64,000 nt of DNA from a bacterium (GCA_965199855.1 OZ241326.1:2880001-2944000), one strand, 5' to 3'. Positions 47,879 to 57,831 are shown, counted from the first letter of the stretch. Translations and numbers: made by a program. Notes: a model not told the origin generated them from the letters alone.

Positions 47879-48328
47879 TTAGAGAGCGCGACGCTTCACC
47901 AACGAGATGCCGGCTTCGCCCAGACGGTCGGGCGTCATGCGAGAGCGATTTGTTCTGTTCAGACGCTTGGTTTCCTCGGGGGTCAAAAGGACAAGGCGAT
48001 AATGGCGCTTGACGTATTCCGTCAATTCCTCATCGCTTGCGCCGCCATCGATCTTCTCAATCGCGCGGCGCGTGAAAGCCCGGCGCGGCGATACATGCTC
48101 GATCAGAATCTTCTCGCCCCGCTCACGGGCATCAAGGGCCGCGGGTGAAAATTCCGCGTCGGAATAGTTCCGAAGATTGTTGACGTGGCTGAGTCCGGGG
48201 CAATTGAGTCGCTCTCCAAGAATATCCAAAATGCGCTCAGCGCTGTGAATTGCGCCGCCGTTGTCGGTGAAGCCGGCGGAGAGCATCTCGTTTCGCAGCG
48301 ACGCGGCCTTGCGAAGCATCGGGATCAA
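47879..48328 (-). CDS. Hypothetical protein, possibly His-Me finger-like; start uncertain
   Basis: Less GC-biased codons; IEHVSP...LVLLTPEE motif; frame stays open upstream (GKRPKYTPDN) without an ATG. Confidence 0.6.
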   Translation of the reverse strand: MIPMLRKAASLRNEMLSAGFTDNGGAIHSAERILDILGERLNCPGLSHVNNLRNYSDAEFSPAALDARERGEKILIEHVSPRRAFTRRAIEKIDGGASDEELTEYVKRHYRLVLLTPEETKRLNRTNRSRMTPDRLGEAGISLVKRRAL

Positions 48329-48568
48329 ATTGTCGGGGGTATATTTCGGTCGCTTGCCTCGCGCGGGCGCCTCCCCGGCGGCGTCCGGCGCGCCGCCGGG
48401 AATGCCGGAAGCGGCTCCTCAAGCGCCCCCTGTCAAGACGGTTTTTTTCGTTCGCCGGCGCGAGTATAGCACGGCGCGGGCGCGCCCCTTGCCGAGGCGC
48501 GTCAAGTGGAGTATCCATGAGAGGGAAATCCCGCGACGAAAGCCAAGCATCACGCGGAGGGCGCGCCC

Positions 48569-49360
48569 TTGGTCGTCATGGCGAACGAGACGAAGCGAAA
48601 ATCCAGCGCGGGAGAGGTCACCCTGGGCGCGGGCGTGCGCATGGCGCGCACGGTGGAGGTGGGTCTGGCGATGCGGGCGGCCGGCTTCGACTGGCTCTTC
48701 ATCGACATGGAGCACGGGCCCTTCGACCTCGAAACGGCGCAGCAGATATCCATCGCCGCCCTGAGCCAGGGCATAACGCCGCTCGTTCGCGTGGCGGACG
48801 CGAGCCTGGGCGCCCGCGTCCTAGACGCCGGCGCGCAGGGAATCGTCCTCCCGCACGTGAACGGCGCGGAGGAGGCGCGGGCGCTTGTCCGCCTCTGCAA
48901 GTTCCCCCCCGAGGGGGAGCGCAGCGCGGGCGGGGGACTCGCCCACACCGGCTTCGAGGCCATGGACCCGGCCGCGCTCCTCAAGGGCGTGAACGACGAG
49001 ACGCTTCTCGTCGCCATGATCGAGACGCCCGAGGCCGGCGAGGAGGCGGACGCCATCGCCGCCGTCCCCGGCATCGACGTTCTCCTTATCGGCACGAACG
49101 ACCTGAGCGCGGGGATGGGCGCCGTCGGCCAGCACGACCACCCGAAAGTCAACAAGGTATATGAGCAGGTGATCGCCGCCTGCCGCAGACGCGGCAAAGT
49201 CGCCGGCATGGGCGGCTCCTACGCGCCCGACATGATAGAGCGCAGAATCCGGGAGGGAATTCGCTTCATTCTCGCGGGCAACGACCTCACCTTCATGAAC
49301 AGCGGCGCGAAGGCGCAGGCGCGCATGATTCGGGAGCGCGCGGACAAAAGCGGCGGATAG
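48569..49360 (+). CDS. HpcH/HpaI aldolase family protein
   Basis: GFDWLFIDMEHG, LDAGAQGIVLPHV, MIETP, IGTNDLS. Confidence 0.92.
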   Translation: MVVMANETKRKSSAGEVTLGAGVRMARTVEVGLAMRAAGFDWLFIDMEHGPFDLETAQQISIAALSQGITPLVRVADASLGARVLDAGAQGIVLPHVNGAEEARALVRLCKFPPEGERSAGGGLAHTGFEAMDPAALLKGVNDETLLVAMIETPEAGEEADAIAAVPGIDVLLIGTNDLSAGMGAVGQHDHPKVNKVYEQVIAACRRRGKVAGMGGSYAPDMIERRIREGIRFILAGNDLTFMNSGAKAQARMIRERADKSGG

Positions 49361-49428
49361 CGCCGTTGCGCGCCCGTGCCGACGCGCGGTCGCTCACCGG
49401 ACGCGCTTCCTGAAAACAGGGAGAAAAC

Positions 49429-50274
49429 ATGAAACTGCTGACCTATGAATCGGAAACGGCCCCCCGCGTCGCCATCCTGACGGAGGGCGGCGTGGAGGAC
49501 GTGTCGCCGCGGACGGGCGACGCGGCCGAAGTCATCGCGCGGGGCGGAACCCCCGAGACGAACGGCGCGCCCGTCGCGCTCGAATCGGTCAAACTGCTCG
49601 CGCCGATAGCGGAGCTTCGGCGGCCCGTCGTCGCCGTGGGGCTGAACTACAAGAAGCACGCCGACGAAGGGGCGCGCAAGCACGGCGACCGGAAAGTGGG
49701 GGACTACCCGAAAATTCCGGTGTTCTTCTGCAAGTGGCCGGGCTCCCACAACAGGCCGGACGGGGAGATCATCCATCACCGGAACGTGAACGAGCTGGAC
49801 TACGAATGCGAGCTCGTCATCGTCATCGGAAGGCGGGGAATCGACATCCCCCCCGAGCGGGCGATGGATCACGTCTATGGCTACACCATCATGAACGAGG
49901 TCTCCGCCCGCGACGTCCAGCGCGCCCACGGCCAGTGGTTCAAGGGCAAGGCGCTGGACAGCTTCGGCCCTCTGGGCCCCTGGATCGTCACGAAGGACGA
50001 GGCGGGCGACGCGAACAGCCTCGCCGTGACCACGCGCGTGAACGGCGAGACGCGGCAGTCCTCGAACACGAACGACATGATTTTCGACGTAGCCACCCTC
50101 GTCTCGACGCTCTCCGAAGGCTTCACGCTCCTGCCCGGAGACATGATCGCCACCGGAACGCCCGAGGGCGTGGGCTTCGCCATGGACCCGCCGGGGCTGC
50201 TGAAGCCGGGCGACATGGTCGAGTGCGAGATCGAGAACATCGGGGCGCTCAGGAGCGTCGTCGCCGCCCCGTGA
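49429..50274 (+). CDS. Fumarylacetoacetate hydrolase family protein
   Basis: VGLNYKKH, LDYECEL, NEVSARDVQ, GKALDSFGPLGP, LLPGDMIATGTPEGVG. Confidence 0.95.
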   Translation: MKLLTYESETAPRVAILTEGGVEDVSPRTGDAAEVIARGGTPETNGAPVALESVKLLAPIAELRRPVVAVGLNYKKHADEGARKHGDRKVGDYPKIPVFFCKWPGSHNRPDGEIIHHRNVNELDYECELVIVIGRRGIDIPPERAMDHVYGYTIMNEVSARDVQRAHGQWFKGKALDSFGPLGPWIVTKDEAGDANSLAVTTRVNGETRQSSNTNDMIFDVATLVSTLSEGFTLLPGDMIATGTPEGVGFAMDPPGLLKPGDMVECEIENIGALRSVVAAP

Positions 50275-50316
50275 GGAGAGGCGGCCCCGCAAGGCGGAAA
50301 AGACGCGGAGGACGCT

Positions 50317-50826
50317 TCAGGGGGCGGCGGGCCGCATCGTCCGCTTGAGGTAGGGCACGAGGCCGCCCGCGCGCACCATCTCCATGATGTGCTCGGGCAG
50401 CGGCTCGGCCCGGAGAGTCTCTCCCCGGGTGAGGTTCTCCACCCTTCCGGCAATCGGATCGACGCGAAGCCTGTCCCCCCGCCCGATGGAGCCCGCCTCC
50501 GGGCAGATGAGCACGGGCAGGCCGATGCAAAGCGAGTTTCTGAAAAAATTCCTGGCGAACGTAAGGGCGATGACCGCGCCCACGCCCGCGCGCTTGATGC
50601 CGCGCGGCGCCGTCTCCCGGCTCGATCCGCAGCCGAAGTTCCTGCCGCCGACGATCACGTCGCCCGGCTTCACGCTTTTGGGAAAATCGGGGTCGACGCC
50701 CTCCATGGCGTGCGCGCCGAGCTCCTCGTCCGGCAGGCTCGCGTAGGCCGCCGGCATGATGTAGCCGGTGTCCACGTTGTCGCCGAACACCCAGGCGCCG
50801 CCCTCGATGCTCCCCGCCGCGCTCAC
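50317..50826 (-). CDS. LeuD/HacB-like dehydratase small subunit
   Basis: FGDNVDT, GRNFGCGSSRE, FARNFFRN; GTG start overlapping the large-subunit stop. Confidence 0.9.
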   Translation of the reverse strand: MSAAGSIEGGAWVFGDNVDTGYIMPAAYASLPDEELGAHAMEGVDPDFPKSVKPGDVIVGGRNFGCGSSRETAPRGIKRAGVGAVIALTFARNFFRNSLCIGLPVLICPEAGSIGRGDRLRVDPIAGRVENLTRGETLRAEPLPEHIMEMVRAGGLVPYLKRTMRPAAP

Positions 50827-52100
50827 GCGAGGAACTCCCGCGGGTCGGCCACGCGGCCTTTGATCGCGCTCGCCGCCACCGTGGCGGCCGAGGCGAGGTA
50901 GATCGACGCCTCCTGGCTCCCCATGCGTCCCCTGTAGTTGCGGTTGGCCGAGGAGACGCAGACCTCCCCGTCGCCCAGCTGTCCCGGCCCCCTGCCCGCG
51001 CAGATGCCGCACGTCGTGGGCATGAGGACGCCGCCCGCGTCGAGGAGCGTCTGCAACGTTCCCTCCGCCATCGCCCTGCCCAGGATGGCCTTGCTCGCCG
51101 GCGCGATGAGCAGCTGAAGCCCGGCGGCGACGCGCCTGCCTTTCAGAACGGCCGCGGCCGCGCGCAAATCGACGAGCTTCGCCCCCGTGCACGAGCCGAT
51201 GTGCGCGCGGTTCAGGGGGGGCGATTCCGCCTCCTCCACCGGACACACGTTGTCCATGCGGTGGGGACGCGCCACCTGGGGGGAAAGATCGGAGACGTCG
51301 TATTCCCAGGCCGCGGCGTAGGCGGCGTCCGGGTCCGAGCGGACGGCCTCCCACCCCTCCTCCACGCCCGCCTCCTTCAGATACGCCTCCGTCGCCTCGT
51401 CCACGTCCATGATGGCGCTCTTCGCGCTGAACTCGGCCGCCATGTTGGAGAGCGTCATGCGATCCTCCACGGGAAGCGACATGAGCGCCTCGCCCTCGAA
51501 CTGGAGCGTCTTGTATTCCGCCCCGTCCACCTTGAGATCACGGAGCGCGAGAAGCGCCATGTCCTTGCCGTATACGCCTGCGGGAACCGCGCCGTCGAAG
51601 CGAATCCGTATCGTCTCGGGCACGCGGAGCCAGACTTCTCCTTTGGCCAAAACGCCGATGCTCTCCGTCGGCCCGATCGCCACGCCCAGCGCGCCCAGCG
51701 CGCCCGTGTTCGTGGTGTGGCTGTCGGTGCCCGTGACGAGCGCGCCCGGACGCACGAAGCCCTTCTCCGCCATGAGGATGTGGCAGATGCCCTCCGCGTC
51801 GTAGAAGTGGGGAAGCTCCTGCTCGGCCGCCCAGGCGCGCGTGACGTTCAGAACCCGCGCCTGGGAGTCCTGGGTGGGCGGGTTGTGGTGATCCGCCGTG
51901 AGCATGAAGCGATTCTTGTTCCAGATGGGAAGGCCGAGCTCGGCGAAGTCCTTCCCCATGCGGAAGGGCCCCTGGTTGTCGTGCATGAGGTGGGCGTCCA
52001 CCTTCGCCCAGACGATCTCGCCCACGTCCACGCGCTCGCGCCCGCCGGCGCGGGCCAAGATTTTCTGCGCGGCGGTGTCCCCTGCCAAGACGCTCTCCAT
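50823..52100 (-). CDS. LeuC/HacA-like aconitase-family dehydratase large subunit
   Basis: ADHH, GICH, GTDSHT, IGSCT, CGIC (three Fe-S Cys), SSANRNYRGRMG. Confidence 0.92.
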   Translation of the reverse strand: MESVLAGDTAAQKILARAGGRERVDVGEIVWAKVDAHLMHDNQGPFRMGKDFAELGLPIWNKNRFMLTADHHNPPTQDSQARVLNVTRAWAAEQELPHFYDAEGICHILMAEKGFVRPGALVTGTDSHTTNTGALGALGVAIGPTESIGVLAKGEVWLRVPETIRIRFDGAVPAGVYGKDMALLALRDLKVDGAEYKTLQFEGEALMSLPVEDRMTLSNMAAEFSAKSAIMDVDEATEAYLKEAGVEEGWEAVRSDPDAAYAAAWEYDVSDLSPQVARPHRMDNVCPVEEAESPPLNRAHIGSCTGAKLVDLRAAAAVLKGRRVAAGLQLLIAPASKAILGRAMAEGTLQTLLDAGGVLMPTTCGICAGRGPGQLGDGEVCVSSANRNYRGRMGSQEASIYLASAATVAASAIKGRVADPREFLA

Positions 52101-52231
52101 CAGGAGGGGAAACGCGGAGTCGCTCGCTCCCGGCTCCGGGGGGTTCGTTGTGCATCCACAGAGGCGATACTATACTGATTTTGTCGCACAATCCCGAAGG
52201 AGAGGCAAGAGACGGAGGAATCCCGGGCCCG

Positions 52232-52834
52232 ATGTCCGAAGACAGCGAAATCGACCGCAAGACGTTCTTCCGGGAAGGCCCGCTCTCCCTTTTTCGCGCC
52301 TTCATGGAGGGCGCGCGCCCGGAAGAGACCAGGGTGAGCCGTTCGACCCTCGACGGCCCCCTCTTGCGCCCGCCGGGGGCGGCGCCCGAGGCGGATTTTC
52401 TGCGCCTTTGCGAGGGCGGGGCGGAATGCGCGCGCGCCTGCCCGGCCGAGGCCATTCTGATGCTTCCCAGAGAGGACGAGTCGGGCCTGCGCGCCCCCCG
52501 CATCATCCCGGCGGACGCGGCCTGCGTGGTGTGCGACGACCTCGCCTGCATGAAGACCTGCCCCACGGGCGCGCTCAGTCTCATCGCCCGGGAGGAAATT
52601 CGCGTCGGTCTGGCCCGGGTGAACCCCGACGCCTGCTTCGCCTGGAACGGACTGGACGAGGAATGCGACTACTGCGCGGCGCGCTGCCCGATAGGGGAGA
52701 GCGCCATCCGCATCGAGGCGCGGGAGGAGGGCCGGGGTCCCGTGATAGGCGCGGCCTGCGTGGGCTGCGGAAGCTGCGAGCAGCACTGCCCCGAATACCC
52801 GGGCGCGGTGCGCGTGTTCCCCATCCCGTCGTGA
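52232..52834 (+). CDS. NapG/MauM-type polyferredoxin (4Fe-4S)
   Basis: LRPPGA..E.DF..LC, C.CP, CVVC...C...CPTGAL, CDYC...CP, CVGCGSC...CP. Confidence 0.88.
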   Translation: MSEDSEIDRKTFFREGPLSLFRAFMEGARPEETRVSRSTLDGPLLRPPGAAPEADFLRLCEGGAECARACPAEAILMLPREDESGLRAPRIIPADAACVVCDDLACMKTCPTGALSLIAREEIRVGLARVNPDACFAWNGLDEECDYCAARCPIGESAIRIEAREEGRGPVIGAACVGCGSCEQHCPEYPGAVRVFPIPS

Positions 52835-53256
52835 CGTCCTCCCCAAAGCGCGCGGCGCGCTCCCGCGCGAAAGCCTCCCGGGTGAAAATCCCGGAAAACG
52901 CCTGGCTCCTGCTCTTGGACGGGGAGTGCGGGGCGTGCCGCAGGTGCGCGGCGTGGGTCGCCTCGAAGGACAGAATGAAGCGGATATTTCCCCTCTCCTA
53001 CCAGGAGGCACCCTCCCCGCCCATGACCCCCGAACTGCGCGCTCGGGCGCGGCGGGCGGCGCAGCTCATCGCTCCCGACGGCGAGAGGTTCGAGGCGGGC
53101 CGGGCGTGCGTGGAGACGCTCTCCCTGCTGGGGTGGCGCAGGGCGGCGCGCCTGCTGGGAAGGCCGCCCCTGCTGTGGTGCGTGGAGATCGGCTACTGGT
53201 GCGCGGCGAGAACGCGCCGCTTCTGGGGGCGCGTCCCGCCTCGGCCAAGGCGCTGA
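52831..53256 (+). CDS. DCC1-like thiol-disulfide oxidoreductase (DUF393)
   Basis: LDGECGAC (DxxCxxC) and C-terminal Y..ARTR; start is GTG 52831 or 52882. Confidence 0.8.
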   Translation: MTSSPKRAARSRAKASRVKIPENAWLLLLDGECGACRRCAAWVASKDRMKRIFPLSYQEAPSPPMTPELRARARRAAQLIAPDGERFEAGRACVETLSLLGWRRAARLLGRPPLLWCVEIGYWCAARTRRFWGRVPPRPRR

Positions 53257-53341
53257 ATCCCGCAAAACCGCCTCCGGGGCGCCTCGTCCGCGCGGGAGGC
53301 TCCGCCTTCCGGCGAGGGGGAGATGAAGGCGGCGGCGCGCG

Positions 53342-53854
53342 TCAGGAGAATTCCTCTTTCAGGATTTCATGGATGAACCGCTGGACGGCGAGGGGGTAAT
53401 ACCGGATGTCCGGCGTGCGCACCACGGCGGTGTCGGTGGTCTCGAGGCGCGCGAGTTCGTTCAGCACCTTTTCCACCAGAACCTCCGGACTCCATTCGTG
53501 GTGGGTGATTTTCAGGTATTCGTTCTCGATGCTGAAGTTTCCCGAGGCGACGGCCGGGAACGCGAACACCCGCCCGACGAGGTCGGCGTCCATCATCTCG
53601 GAATCCTTGAAAATCTCGCCGAAGGTCTTCTCGGCCTGGGCCGGCGTCCACACCAGCTTGGGGGACACCAGAAGCTTTCCGGATATCTGGACGGAGCCCG
53701 CGTCCTCGCGCGCCTCCGGCCCCAGCACCCGGTAGCCGAGCTCGTGATAGCCCGACACGATGCCCACGTAGGGCCGGCGGACGATGTTGATTTCCCTGAT
53801 CATCCGCTTGTGAAAATCATGCAAATCGCGTTGCATTCCGTCGTCGAACATCAA
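53342..53854 (-). CDS. Hypothetical protein
   Basis: Globular-protein composition, GGAG SD, co-oriented downstream of hemY; no family recognised. Confidence 0.7.
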   Translation of the reverse strand: MMFDDGMQRDLHDFHKRMIREINIVRRPYVGIVSGYHELGYRVLGPEAREDAGSVQISGKLLVSPKLVWTPAQAEKTFGEIFKDSEMMDADLVGRVFAFPAVASGNFSIENEYLKITHHEWSPEVLVEKVLNELARLETTDTAVVRTPDIRYYPLAVQRFIHEILKEEFS

Positions 53855-53940
53855 GCGTCTCCAGAAAGCGCGGCCAGGCGAAACCCGGGCGTTGATACCA
53901 GAGGGGGACGCGCCCGGTCAAAGCGCGCCGCCCCGCATTC

Positions 53941-55386
53941 TCACCCTTTCCCCCCGAAATGACCAGCGCGCAGGTCGCCCAGAATCTTCTCCGCGGCGCG
54001 CTCGGCCGACTTCACGCAGTCGGGAATCCCCACGCCCCGAAAAGCGCAACCGCAAAGCGCGAGGCCGGGAGTCGCGCCCACCTCGCTCTCGATGCGCCCG
54101 ACCCTCTCCAGATGGCCCACCTCGTAGCGCGGCAGCGACGCCTCATGGCGATGAAGGCGCATCGCCTCCGGAGCGCCGGAAATTCCCAGCACGGGACGCA
54201 GCTCCGCAATCAGCCTCCCGGTCAGTTCCTCGTCCGTGAGCCGCCAGTGCGGGGCGTCCTCCCCCCCGCCGGCGAAGGCGCGGATGAGCGTCCGCCCTTC
54301 GGGGGCGCGTCCCTCGAATTTCACGCTCGAGAACGAGCACGCCAGAAGCGTCCTGTTCTCGATCGCCGGAACCACGAACCCCATGGCGTCCAGGGGATGC
54401 GCCACCTGCTCCGCCCGATAGCCCAGGCTCAGCGTCGCCAGAGAGCCGCTGGAAACGCTCTCCAACTCGCGGGAAAGGCGCGGCGAGGCGCTCGCCAGCA
54501 TTCGCCCCGCCGCGCGCGGCGGCAGCGCGAGGCAGACCGCGTCCGTCTCCATCTCCTCTCCGTCCTGGAGGCGGACGCGCCAGCCCTTCTCTTTTTTCTC
54601 GATTGATTCCGCCCGGCAGTTCACGCGAATCGAGGCCCCGGCGACGCTCCCCGCAAGGGCGTCCGTCAGCGCGCCCATGCCGGGCGCGAGCGCGGCGAAC
54701 AGGCCGTATCTGGCCCCGCTGGCCGAAGCCTCCGCCCCCTGCGCCCGCATACGCCTCCTGAGTCCCAGGATGAGGCTGCGGTGTTCGCGCTCTATCTCGT
54801 GGAACTGCGGCATGGCGGCCTTCAGGCTCAGCTTCTCCGGATCGGCCGAGTAAACGCCCGCCACCATGGGCTGGGCCATTCTCTCCAGCGCCTCTCGCCC
54901 GAGCCGCCTGCGCACGAAATCGGCCAAGGATTCATCCGCCTCGCTCCTCCCGCGCGGCAAAAGGACGTCCATCGCCATTCGGAGCTTGCCGAGCGGGCTG
55001 AAGACGGGCGTCGTCAGAAACGGACCGATTCGGGAGGGCGCGAGAAGGTAATACCCCTGCGGCACGGGGAGCAGCTTCTCTCCCCGGAGGATGAGGCTGC
55101 GGCGGCGCTGCGGGTTCGTGCCGATGAGCTGCTCCCCAAGCCCCAGCTCCTCGCAGAGCCGGACGCCCTCGGGCTTCGAGGTCAGAAAGCAGTCGGGGCC
55201 CTTCTCCATCAGGAACCCGGCCGCGCGCTCCGTCCCGACCACCCCGCCCAGCCCGGGGGACGCCTCGACGAGCCGGACCTCCAGGGGCGGATTCCCCTCT
55301 CCGGCGGCCCGGAGCAGACGGCGGCAGGCGACCAGCCCCGTCAGCCCGCCGCCGAGCACGGCCACCCGCCCGGCCTTCGGGGTCAA
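53941..55386 (-). CDS. hemY: Protoporphyrinogen/coproporphyrinogen oxidase HemY
   Basis: VLGGGLTGL FAD motif, EKGPDCF, MGFVVP, SSVKFEGRAP, GVGIPDCV; TTG start overlapping the hemH stop. Confidence 0.93.
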   Translation of the reverse strand: MTPKAGRVAVLGGGLTGLVACRRLLRAAGEGNPPLEVRLVEASPGLGGVVGTERAAGFLMEKGPDCFLTSKPEGVRLCEELGLGEQLIGTNPQRRRSLILRGEKLLPVPQGYYLLAPSRIGPFLTTPVFSPLGKLRMAMDVLLPRGRSEADESLADFVRRRLGREALERMAQPMVAGVYSADPEKLSLKAAMPQFHEIEREHRSLILGLRRRMRAQGAEASASGARYGLFAALAPGMGALTDALAGSVAGASIRVNCRAESIEKKEKGWRVRLQDGEEMETDAVCLALPPRAAGRMLASASPRLSRELESVSSGSLATLSLGYRAEQVAHPLDAMGFVVPAIENRTLLACSFSSVKFEGRAPEGRTLIRAFAGGGEDAPHWRLTDEELTGRLIAELRPVLGISGAPEAMRLHRHEASLPRYEVGHLERVGRIESEVGATPGLALCGCAFRGVGIPDCVKSAERAAEKILGDLRAGHFGGKG

Positions 55387-56351
55387 CGCCCGCTTTCCTT
55401 TGTCTTTTCGAGAATCAGCTCGCGCAGCATGGCGATGAAGGCGGGGTGCGTTCCCACCGTGGGGGCGCGATGGAACCCGAGGCCCGCCTCCCCGGCCGTC
55501 TCCCGCGCCTCGACGTCGAGGTCGAAGAGCACCTCCACGTGATCGCAGAGGAAGCCCACCGGAATCAGGAGGACGGCCCGCGCGCCCTCGGCGGCGGCCT
55601 GCCGGATGAGGTCGTTCACGTCCGGGCCGAGCCAGGCGCCGAGAGGAACGTCGGGACTGCTCTGAAAGCCGACCCGGTGCGCTTCGAGACCCAGGGCGCG
55701 CGCCGCCAGCGCCGCCGTCTCGGCGAATTCCTCCTCGTAGGAGGAGGCCCTGGCCATCGGGACGGGGATGGAATGGGCCGTGAAGATGACGCCTACATCC
55801 TTCATTCCGCCCGCCGCCGGCTGCGGGAGGGCCTCGCGCGCGCGCCCGACGACAGCCTCGATGAAGCCCGGACGCCCATGCCAGGGCGCGTCGAGAAACT
55901 CGACCTCCGGCGCGTCCGCGCCCAGCGCCTCGCGCGCGGCGGAGACGGCGCTCCGGTAGGCCTCCCGGCTGATTTTCGCGCGATGCGGGGCGAGCGCGAC
56001 GCCCACGGCGCGGCGCAGGCCGCGCCGCGACATCTCGGCCAGCGCCTCCCCGACGTAGGGCGTCCAGAAGCGGTGGCCCGCATAGACGGGCAGGCGCGCG
56101 CCCGCCTGCTCGAGCGCCATTTCGAGCGCGCCCGCCTGCTTCTGGGAGAAATGCGCGAACGGGGAGACGCCGCCGAAGCGCCCGTAATGCGCGGCCACCT
56201 CCCGGATGCGCTCGGCGCCTCCCGCCCGCTGGCCGACGATGCCCTCCACGTAGCAATACGCCTCGCCCGGGCATTCCGCGTAGCGAAGGCAGCAGCCCTT
56301 CGTGGGGCCGCCGAAGCCGACGAGGAGAACGGAATCGAACCCTTGGCTCAT
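55383..56351 (-). CDS. hemH: Ferrochelatase (coproporphyrin ferrochelatase-like)
   Basis: GFGGP, HY..FGGVSP, FTAHSIP, FQS...WLGPDV, PVGFLCDHVEVLFDLD. Confidence 0.93.
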   Translation of the reverse strand: MSQGFDSVLLVGFGGPTKGCCLRYAECPGEAYCYVEGIVGQRAGGAERIREVAAHYGRFGGVSPFAHFSQKQAGALEMALEQAGARLPVYAGHRFWTPYVGEALAEMSRRGLRRAVGVALAPHRAKISREAYRSAVSAAREALGADAPEVEFLDAPWHGRPGFIEAVVGRAREALPQPAAGGMKDVGVIFTAHSIPVPMARASSYEEEFAETAALAARALGLEAHRVGFQSSPDVPLGAWLGPDVNDLIRQAAAEGARAVLLIPVGFLCDHVEVLFDLDVEARETAGEAGLGFHRAPTVGTHPAFIAMLRELILEKTKESGR

Positions 56352-57433
56352 TCCGCCTCCGCCCGCCATTCGTGAACGAAATCAACCAGCCTCTTCACGC
56401 TGTCCACCGGCGTCCCCGGCAAAACGCCGTGGCCCAGATTGAATATGTGGCCCGGGCGCGCGGCTCCCTGGCGCAGGACGCGATCCGCGCATGCGCGGAT
56501 CCGCTCCGGCGGGGCGAGAAGAACGCAGGGGTCGAGATTCCCCTGCGCCGCCCGCTCGCCCAGACGCTCTCTGGCGGCGGCCATCTCCACGCGGAAATCG
56601 AGGCCCACGACCTCGCCGCCGGCTCCGGCGAAGTCCTCCAGGAACGGCGCGGTTCCCGTCCCGAAGTGGATGACGGGCGCGCCCGCCTCGACGCCCTGAA
56701 TCAGCGCGCGGCTGTGGGGCAGGACGAACTCCCTGTAATCCTCCGGCGAGAGGCAGCCCGCCCAGCTGTCGAAAATCTGAAGCGCCTGCGCGCCCGCGCG
56801 CGCCTGCCCGTTCAGATATTCGGTCAGCCCCCGGACGAGCTTCTCCATCAGCGCGCGCCACGCCCCCGGGTCGGCATACATGAATCTCTTGGTGTTCTCG
56901 AAATGGCGCGAGCCGCCGCCCTCGATCATGTAGGAGGCGAGCGTGAAGGGCGCGCCGCAGAAGCCGATGAGCGGAAGCGCCGGGTTCATCGCCGCCCTCG
57001 TCTCGCGCGCCGCCTCGAACACGAAGGCGAGGCTCTCCCGGGGCCGCGCCTCGCTCAGGCGATCCACGTCCGCGGCCGCGCGAAGCGGGTTGCGGAGAAC
57101 GGGGCCGCCGCTTTCCGGATACTCCAGTTCCATGCCCATGGGCGCGAGGATGAGCAGAATGTCGGAGAACAGGATGGCGGCGTCCGCGCCGATCTCATCG
57201 AGGGCGGTGACGGCGACCTCGGCGGCCAGATGGGGGGCGCGGCAAAGCTCGATGAAGGAGACCTTCTCTCGGAGGGCGCGGTATTGCCGCATGTATCTGC
57301 CCGCCTGGCGCATGAGCCACACGGGCGTCGCCTCGTTGGGCAGCCCCCGGCAGGCGCGCAGGAAGGCGGAATCCTCATACGCGGGCGGCGTCCCCGCGGC
57401 CGCCGGACGCTCCGCCTGCCGATGCGCCGACAT
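56348..57433 (-). CDS. hemE: Uroporphyrinogen decarboxylase
   Basis: PVWLMRQAGRY, AAILFSDIL, IGFCGAPFTLASY, IFDSWAG, QGNLDP, IFNLGHGV. Confidence 0.97.
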   Translation of the reverse strand: MSAHRQAERPAAAGTPPAYEDSAFLRACRGLPNEATPVWLMRQAGRYMRQYRALREKVSFIELCRAPHLAAEVAVTALDEIGADAAILFSDILLILAPMGMELEYPESGGPVLRNPLRAAADVDRLSEARPRESLAFVFEAARETRAAMNPALPLIGFCGAPFTLASYMIEGGGSRHFENTKRFMYADPGAWRALMEKLVRGLTEYLNGQARAGAQALQIFDSWAGCLSPEDYREFVLPHSRALIQGVEAGAPVIHFGTGTAPFLEDFAGAGGEVVGLDFRVEMAAARERLGERAAQGNLDPCVLLAPPERIRACADRVLRQGAARPGHIFNLGHGVLPGTPVDSVKRLVDFVHEWRAEAE

Positions 57434-57681
57434 GAACCCCTCCCGTGAAGCGGCGCGAATCCGGCCGCGCGCCCAAAGCCCCGACGCCTCCTCCCGCCGG
57501 GGCAGTCTAATCCAAAAGAAAAGCCCGCGCATGTCGCGGGCGGCGGCGAGGGGGCGGCTCCGTGGAGCCGCCCGGGCGTCCGGTTGCGCGGGAATGAAGG
57601 AAAGCGCCCCCGGCTGGACGGCCGCTCTCCCGACGGGCTAGGAAAACCCCGCGGTTTCGGGGTAGAATGCCCCGACGCTCC

Positions 57682-57756
57682 GGCGCCATAGCCAAGTGGT
57701 AAGGCAGAGGACTGCAAATCCTTTATTCCCCGGTTCGAATCCGGGTGGCGCCTCCA
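57682..57756 (+). tRNA. tRNA-Cys(GCA)
   Basis: GGCGCCA/TGGCGCC acceptor stem, anticodon loop CTGCAAA, GTTCGAATC T-loop, encoded CCA. Confidence 0.97.
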
Positions 57757-57831
57757 GCAGGCCGCGCCGATTCGCGTCCTCCCCGACGGACGGGCGCGGG
57801 CGGCGAAAGCGTCCCCGCTGCTCGCGCCCCC

